The notes under the pieces: generated by a model
Seen by the model: the letters and a program-made list of their open reading frames with translations, nothing else
Database searches by the model: none
Told to the model about the DNA's origin: nothing
Shown: positions 56,544 through 64,000 of the stretch, piece by piece
Layout of the letters: each line of letters begins with the position of its first letter
How positions within the stretch are numbered: position 1 is the stretch's first letter
Source: Eledone cirrhosa
Taxonomy: Eukaryota
Length of the DNA: 64,000 nt
Assembly (NCBI GenBank): GCA_964016885.1
Contig: OZ024742.1
Location: forward strand, 372,248,001 to 372,312,000
Direction: 5' to 3'
Position numbers and translations under genes: made by a program

Positions 56544-56885
56544 GTGGGTGTCTGTGATCTATATACACTGGTCAAACACACTCACATATATATATATACA
56601 CAACAACACCATCTGCTCTCTCTATGTTTCTCTTTCAATCTACTCTCTCTCAACCACTATCTCTTTCTCTCTATCCTTTTCTCTCTCTGTTGATGAAGGT
56701 ACCCAGAAAAACCTTGAATCTCGGAAACCCGTGCTTTGATTTATGCGAAACTTGTTTTATTCAATTTGTATTCCCATTTCAGCGTCAACTTCCTTTCAAA
56801 GTATTTTCCCATTATGCACCGTTTTGGCTGCGTTACATTACAGACAAGCAAGCAAGCAATCACAGAGTTTTAGTAATATATAGAT
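56460..56885 (+). mobile_element. 3' part of Helitron-like unit 2
   Basis: Homologous to 51020-51337; ends TTTTAGTAATATATAGAT. Confidence 0.45.
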
Positions 56886-57516
56886 AGACTAGCAGAAAAC
56901 CACCCGGTGGGTGGTTTTCTGCTAGTCGATATATATTTCACACACACACAAACACACAAACACACAAACACAGACACACACACACATACATATATATATA
57001 TACACCCATGTTCATATTTTGAGATACATTATTCTCAAATCAGATTATTATCTCTGACAGGAAGAACCAGTTTATAATTTTTAAGAAAAATTTAGCATAC
57101 AGACATATTTTAGGAAACTTATGAATTCCTGTACACACGCACATACACACACTTACACAGATACACACAGACACACGCACAGACAGACACACACGCACAG
57201 ACAGACACACACGCATACAGACACATACGCTAACACACACATACCATACACACACTCATACATACGCACATATGCACACACACTAACACACACATACACA
57301 CTTAAACCTATATATATGTATATATATAGAGAGACACATATAATATACATATATAATATATATATATAATATATATATATATATTATATATATGGAAAGT
57401 TATATTTAAAATTGTTGGGTTACAACTAGTAAATATTTATAACTGATATAAAAGCACTCGACAAATATTTGGAATATATTTACAATATTAAATAAATGGA
57501 AACTATATTTATAAAA

Positions 57517-57597
57517 CCATATTTATTTCATTATATATATTTCGGGGATATCATATTAACAATATGCTATGCCTTCCTCAGACAAAATACAATATAA
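57517..57597 (-). ncRNA. Type I hammerhead ribozyme (inverted pLTR copy)
   Basis: Reverse complement of 59712-59792. Confidence 0.72.
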
Positions 57598-57673
57598 ACA
57601 GTTTTATAGATAAATAGATTCGACATACCGTTATAACACCGACTTGCATTTGAAGAGGTTAAACTGGCAGTGA

Positions 57674-58324
57674 AAAAATTTCTCACTAAACATTAAAACC
57701 CACATCGCTAAATTATTTTTCAAAGCTCTTGATAATCGCTTCCCTAGAACACATAGGTATCACTCAATTTTCAATAGGCATACAATTAAATTAACCTACT
57801 CATCCACCAAAAATTTAGCACAAAATATTAATAGAATAAATAATAGGAACTTAAAACCTAGTGGTAATAGCATAAATAATATACAAGTTAACAAATGTAA
57901 CTGTAGAGATAGATCTAAATGTCCGTTAAATAACAACTGCTTAGTTAAAAATATAGTATACAATTGTAATGTTAATACTGACTCTAATTCTTTTAACTAC
58001 GTCGGTTCCACATCGACGGAATTTAAACTTCGCTATAATAACCACAAGAATTCTTTCACAGATCCAAGTAAAAAATCTTCAACGGCACTATCAGGCGTAC
58101 TCTGGCAACTTAAGCTAGATAACGTTAGATATTCGACGGCTTGGAATATAGTCTCAAGAGGGATTCCTTTTAATTCATCCTCTGAGACATGTGACCTCTG
58201 CGCAGAGGAGATATTCTTTATACTAAAATCTAAAAATTCCCTTAATCTACGGACAAATTTATTCAGTTGTTGCAAACATAGATTAAACTCAACGTTTAAA
58301 TATAAATTTAAATTTAAAATGTAG
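57674..58324 (+). pseudogene. PLE thumb/linker plus GIY-YIG endonuclease (216 open codons, no start codon)
   Basis: Manual translation: FSLNIKTHIAKLF...IFNRHTIKLTYS...CNCRDRSKCPLNNNC...IVY...YVGST...FKLRYNNH...STALS...W...CDLCAEE...LNLR...CKH. Absent from the ORF track. Confidence 0.85.
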
Positions 58325-59711
58325 TATATTTAGTTTGATTTATATTTATATGGGAAACTAGCCGATAAATTTTTGATTCCTAAATTTTTGATTCCTTCTT
58401 TTTATTCTTTTTTTATTGTTTATTTTTATTTTATTTTTATTTAAACATTCCTCATGAAAAATTAAGCTACCCTAAAAGCTGATGCTCCAAATATTTTGAA
58501 TAAACCTTACACTAGATAAACTTCTATATTAAATATAAGAACACATGTAGACCAAATTGGACATCATAAACTTTTTGAAATGATCTTTGCTAGATGTGAT
58601 TTGATAGATAATTTTTGGCTTTGTCTTATAATGAACTTGGCAATATATTGTCAATTAATTTTGAAGGGTTGATCTTTGTGGTTTATTTTTATTTTTTATT
58701 ATTGTAGTATTTTATAATATTTTTTATTTTTATTTTTAATATCTTTAATATGTAAATTTTAATACGTAATATTTTTTAATACGTAATATTTTTAATATGT
58801 AATATTTTTAATATGTAATATTCTTTCGTAATATTTTTTTTTTAGTTTTCTATTTTACTTATTATTATTATTGTTATTTTTTTATTTTTATTTTTTTAGT
58901 TTTGTTTCTGATATATATTTTTATATTTTTATTAGTATATTGAAATCTGCTCTCTATTTCTGCTTGATAGATAATCTTGTAGAGTAAAGACAGGAATAAT
59001 AATACACATATATGTATACTCAAATTTTTATACCACATTGAGAATGTTTTCCGTGAGCTTAGAGTTTGCAGAGTTGATCATGTGGATTCACATGGATGTT
59101 TGTAGCTATCACATAAACATATGAATTTTTTTAAAAAACTAAACATAAGATAATTAATTTTCACACACTATGGATACTTGTCTCATTCAGGAATACTGAT
59201 ATTTACAATATAGTGGAAGTTTTATAAATACTAATACATTAAAACATAGGGTTTTTACGCCTCGAATATATCTGGCTATTTTTAAATTTTTTCTCTCGCT
59301 ATTTTTTCTCTCTCTATATTTTTTTCTCTCTCTATATATCTCCCTTACATTAATACTAGAGCTAAATAAATAAATAAATAAATAAATGTATCATTGATAC
59401 ATTTACTCAAAATGACCTCCCACTACCTAATTTTTTATATATATATGTATCTATCTCTATTTCCTCTCTCTCTATATATATATATCTCTTTCTGTTTCTT
59501 TACATGAAGTTCTTCTCTCTATCTATCTTTCCATCTCTCTATTTTGTTCCATGCATTTCTTCTTTTTCTTCCTTTTCTTCGTTTTCTGTCTTTCTTTCTT
59601 TTTTCTCTCTTTCTTTCTCTCTGTGTAAAATTTTTTCACTGCCAGTTTAACCTCTTCAAATGCAAGTCGGTGTTATAACGGTATGTCGAATCTATTTATC
59701 TATAAAACTGT

Positions 59712-59792
59712 TTATATTGTATTTTGTCTGAGGAAGGCATAGCATATTGTTAATATGATATCCCCGAAATATATATAATGAAATAAATATGG
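59712..59792 (+). ncRNA. Type I hammerhead ribozyme (3' pLTR)
   Basis: CTGAGGA at 59728; stem II AGGCATAGCATATT/AATATGATATCCCC; GAAA at 59766; palindromic stem III ATATATAT; predicted cleavage after A59777; stem I ATATTGTATTTTGT/ATGAAATAAATAT. Confidence 0.72.
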
Positions 59793-60670
59793 TTTTATAA
59801 ATATAGTTTCCATTTATTTAATATTGTATATTATATATATATATATATATATTATATATACACACACATATAACACACACCCATATATAAAACACACACA
59901 CTCACACACATACACACACACATATAACACACACACACGCACACACATACACACACACATATAACACACACACACACACACATACACACACATATAACAC
60001 ACACACACACACGCATACACACACATATATATATATATTATATGCTCAGCCCCAGTGAGTTGGTTAAAACATCAAAAGCCAGTCTTAAAGTTGTCGTCTG
60101 TAAATTCAAAGAACTCGGTTGTGTCTGGCTAGATCTCCATGGTAACTACTCCAAGGTCGCGCGTGTCATGGCTGGGAACGCAGGTGTCACGTGCTGGCCT
60201 AGAACGCTGGTTGTTGGAATCAGTGGTCGACGACATAACATATATATTATATGTGTGTGGAATAGTATAAATATTTCTTCGTATTTACTAACATATATAT
60301 ATATATTATATATTATATATACATACATTATATATATATATTATTAATATATTACATACGTACATTTATTTATATATATTTGCCTTACAAGTAAGTCGGA
60401 TATTTGATTTTGGATTCAGAGAAACACTTTAGACGTCTATTCGTCTAATTTGTCCAGGTGTACTTTTTCTCAACCTGATTAGTGCTATCGTTACTCTGGT
60501 ACATATTGTGTGTTAGTTTAGCCTACCACAATGTTCGATTTGTCAAGCTATTTAAACGTATGTTATGACTCTGAGGCCCTATCTTATCGAGTGCTTTGCT
60601 AACTCATCATTTCATATAAGTAGGCCGAATTCACTTGCAAACCGCCAGAGATTCGATTTTACTGATTTCC

Positions 60671-60722
<52 letters not shown>

Positions 60723-60852
60723 TAAAATAAAAGATTAAAGTTTAAGCAAAGAATCGCTGCTTTCACCCTTAACGGGATCTTCTGAAACTAACCAATATAT
60801 AAATATATATATATATTCCTGGTGATTTCTCAAGAATGAAACAGTTCTAGTC

Positions 60853-61035
60853 TATATATATATTACACACACAGAAATGTATATATATTTCTGTGTGTGT
60901 ATATATATATATATATTACACACACAGAAATGTATATATATTTCTGTGTGTGTATATATATATATATATATTACACACACAGAAATGTATATATATTTCT
61001 GTGTGTATATATATATATTTCTGTGTGTGTATATA
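60853..61035. repeat. Palindromic minisatellite, left part
   Basis: Unit ...ATTACACACACAGAAATGTATATATATTTCTGTGTGTGT... is self-complementary. Confidence 0.85.
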
Positions 61036-62553
61036 TCATCATCATCATCATCATCATCAGGTTTAGCGTCCGTGTTCCACGCTTGCATGGGTTTGGACGG
61101 GGGTTTTCCCACTTGAGGCAAGAGTGGTTGTCTTGCTCGCATAGGACTGTCTGGCGGGTTTTCTACAGTTGGATGCCCTTCCTAACACCAACCACATTTA
61201 CAGTGTGGGGCTGGGAGGTTTTTACCGTGTTGCCTACACGGCCACATTACAGCGTGGACTGTCTGGCGGGTTTTCTACAGCTGGATGCCCTTCCTAACAC
61301 CAACCACATTTACAGTGTGGGGCTGGGAGGTTTTTACCGTGTTGCTTACACGGCCACATTTACAGCGTGGACTGTGTGTTTTTTGTCGTGACACCTACAC
61401 GATCTCATTTGTTTCGGCCTGGATGTTGTGGGACCAACATAACTTTACATTGAAAGGGGCGGTGTGGGTGGGGTGGAGGTGGTGGGACGGGGGTGTGTTT
61501 TGATAGAGATGCCTACTGACTGTAGTAGGTTTTTACTTTGTATTTAGGTAAGGCGGGTCTTCTCTATTACTGAGTACCGCCAAAGGTCTCGGTCCAGTGA
61601 CATTGTCTTGGAGAGGTGTAAGCGTGTGAGGTCGGAATTTATCAGCTCGTCCCATGTTTTTCTGGGTCTGCCTATTCCGTGGCTACCGTCTATCTTTATT
61701 GCCCTGCACTTTGTTATACAGCTGTCGTCTTTCATGCGCATCACGTGACCGTACCAACGTAGCCTTCTCTCGAGTAAACAACATCTGATCCCTCTTATTT
61801 CTAATTTTTTCCTTAGTTCGTTTATGCTTTGCCGTTCACGTATATTACTATTGCACATCCAGCGGAGCATGCAAGCTTCGTTCCTCTCTAGTCTGCGTAT
61901 ATCCTCTGCACACAATGCCCAGGTCTCACTGCCATGCAGCATTGCTGATCGTATGCAGGCATCGTATAACCTGCCTTTCATTTTTAGGGAGAACCCTCTA
62001 GCGGCTAATAGTGGTATAAGCTCTCTGAACTTTTTCCATCCAGTTCTGACTCTAGCTACTGTACTTTCAGAGCACCCCCCCCCCCCACTGCTGATTTTGT
62101 CACCCAGATAACGGAAGCTGTCCACTATTTCTATAGAACCCTCTGCGCAGTTGAAGGAGCTAGTATTTTGTGGGCACTTGCTGCTACTTATTGCACCAGA
62201 GCACTGGCCACATGTAAAATCTATGTTCTTAGTTAGCTTACCTGTGATCCCACTACATCTTTTATGCACCCATACTTTGCATTTGGGACATAAAATGGAG
62301 TTTCTACCTACGCCTTTCCTACACACTGAGCATGGCCATTTCCCGGAAGGGACCGCCGCCTTATTTTCTTTCCTACAAACTAGAACTTTAGTCTTAGCCA
62401 GGTTAATTTTAAGGCCTTTTGAATCTAGGTCGTGCTTCCATGTTTGGAATTTCTTCTCTAGTTCGGTCATTGATTCAGCTATGAGCGTTAGATCATCTGC
62501 GTATAGGAGTTCCCATGGGCAGCCGGTCTTGAACTCCTCTGTTATAGCCTGAA
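61036..62553 (-). mobile_element. 5'-truncated RTE LINE (subfamily A)
   Basis: QAITEEFKTGCPWELLYADD through the C-terminus, 3'UTR and (CAT)n; nearly identical to 44699-46211. Confidence 0.93.
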
Positions 62554-62893
62554 ATGTATATATATTTCTGTGTGTATATATATATATTACACACACAGAA
62601 ATGTATATATATTTCTGTGTGTGTATATATATATTTCTGTGTGTGTATATATATATATTACACACACAGAAATGTATATATATTTCTGTGTGTGTATATA
62701 TATATTTCTGTGTGTATATATATATATTACACACAGAAATGTATATATATTTCTGTGTGTGTATATATATATTTCTGTGTGTATATATATATATTACACA
62801 CACAGAAATGTATATATATTTCTGTGTGTGTATATATATATTTCTGTGTGTGTATATATATATATTACACACACAGAAATGTATATATATTTC
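62554..62893. repeat. Palindromic minisatellite, right part
   Basis: Same unit as 60853-61035. Confidence 0.85.
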
Positions 62894-63011
62894 TTAGAAC
62901 AAAATTATTATTAATGTTTTGCTGTTCATAACAATTGGAATTGAAAAATTACTTTTGAAATTATTAGTTATTTTACTAATGCTTAGATATGTAAAAATGA
63001 AGCAATGTTTC

Positions 63012-63205
63012 TAATAATTGTTTCTACTTTTGGCACAAGGCCAGCAATTACCCAGTACATTACTGGTACTTTATTTTATCGACCCCGTGAGGATGAAAGG
63101 CAAAGTTAACCTCGGCGGTATTTGAACTCAGACCGTAAAGGGACGTAACTCCATGCTATGAAGCATGGTGTCCGACTCTACAGATTCTGCCAATCCACCG
63201 CCCTA
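63012..63205 (-). mobile_element. Meta-like SINE copy
   Basis: Reverse complement of the 34696 family. Confidence 0.75.
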
Positions 63206-63483
63206 ATGTATGTACGTAATGAGGGAGTGAGAGGGGAGAGAAAGAAAGGCAGAGGTGAAGTGACAAAGTGACTCTCTCCTCCTCCTCCATCTCCCCATTC
63301 GTCACAGCGATAGAGGGGAGGAATGTTAGTGTGTTACAAAGAGAAAGAGTGAGAGTGAGAGAAACAGACAGACTAAAAGAGAGGGATAGCTGGAGAGAGA
63401 GATAGCAACCACGCGCGCACGTGTTTCCACTGTCGGACAGACAGACAGAGAAATTGCTGGTTATATATATTATAAGGAGATAG

Positions 63484-63855
63484 ATAAATTTCTTTATTAG
63501 CCACAAGGGCACAAAAGAAGGGGACAAATACAAATGGGGAGTTTACATACAGGTATATGAAAATAAAACTATTAATAAAATAACAAATAACAATTGAAAT
63601 CCCCAATAGGAGGGAGGCGTTACACAGGGGTTGTACACACCCCGAAAAAATGTACAACCCTCATCTCCAGCAGCACCAAGAGTGAGTACTCCCTTCCTCT
63701 CTTCCTCTTTTTCCTCAATCTACAGGCTTATATAGAGAGAAGGCCCAACCACTCGGGCCATCTTTGCTACATTCACCCACCTTTTATAACATTTGCTGGG
63801 GTACAGCACCTCTCTCTCCACTCTGATTCTTCTTCCAAAATGATATTTGAATAGA
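63484..63855 (-). mobile_element. Probable Tx1/L1-type LINE 3' end
   Basis: Minus frame FKYHFGRRIRVERE...KRWVNVAKMARV...*, pyrimidine-rich 3'UTR and AATAAA. Clade assignment is tentative. Confidence 0.45.
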
Positions 63856-63883
63856 TATCTAGAAATAGGTTTGTTAATTCAAA

Positions 63884-64000
63884 CATCATCATCGTTTATA
63901 TGTCCGGTTTTTTTCCACACTTGCATGGGCTGGATGGGTCCTCAGCGCAGCATCTCTCCACCCATTGCCTTCCTTCATCATCTCTGTGAGTCTCAGTGAT
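63884..64000 (-). mobile_element. RTE 3' tail running off the window edge
   Basis: (CAT)n plus TTCCACACTTGCATGGGCTGGATGG stem-loop homolog. Confidence 0.6.

Larger units (their letters stand above)
57395..59828 (+). mobile_element. 5'-truncated Penelope-like element with an inverted 5' pLTR
   Basis: 201-bp inverted repeat (57481-57681 / 59628-59828), GIY-YIG coding remnant, hammerhead in the pLTR, (TA)n on both flanks. Confidence 0.85.

Noticed and set aside
56940-57394. ORFs in CA/TA/CAT microsatellites (also 34800-35007, 42762-43004, 59814-60026)
   Set aside because: Low-complexity simple repeats.
58033-58275. 80-aa minus-strand ORF
   Set aside because: Antisense to the GIY-YIG frame, which carries the conserved motifs.
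61544-62872. 442-aa ORF as an intact gene
   Set aside because: The N-terminal part is minisatellite read-through fused to a 5'-truncated RTE.

Overview
Repeat-dominated eukaryotic DNA, most likely an octopod/coleoid cephalopod (inferred from the SINE/LINE repertoire and the TA- and ATC-rich microsatellites; not proven). Positions 1-30598 are an AT-rich 25-bp satellite with two variant domains and kb-scale higher-order duplications. The satellite ends at an internally deleted DD37D (maT-type) Tc1/mariner element. The rest of the window is a nested patchwork of transposons: two near-full-length and several truncated RTE LINEs, CR1-type 3' fragments, tRNA-derived SINEs, a TTAA MITE, Helitron-like units, and a Penelope-like GIY-YIG element with an inverted pLTR. 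The most notable signals are: a C4HC3 PHD-type zinc finger inserted between the RT core and thumb of every sufficiently long RTE copy; three type I hammerhead ribozymes with divergent but still paired stems; repeated conversion of retroelement 3' segments into minisatellites (48, 61 and about 116 bp); and an otherwise open RTE ORF broken only by a Trp-to-UAG stop. A few candidate host exons are present at low confidence. Most ORF-track entries are repeat or antisense artefacts.
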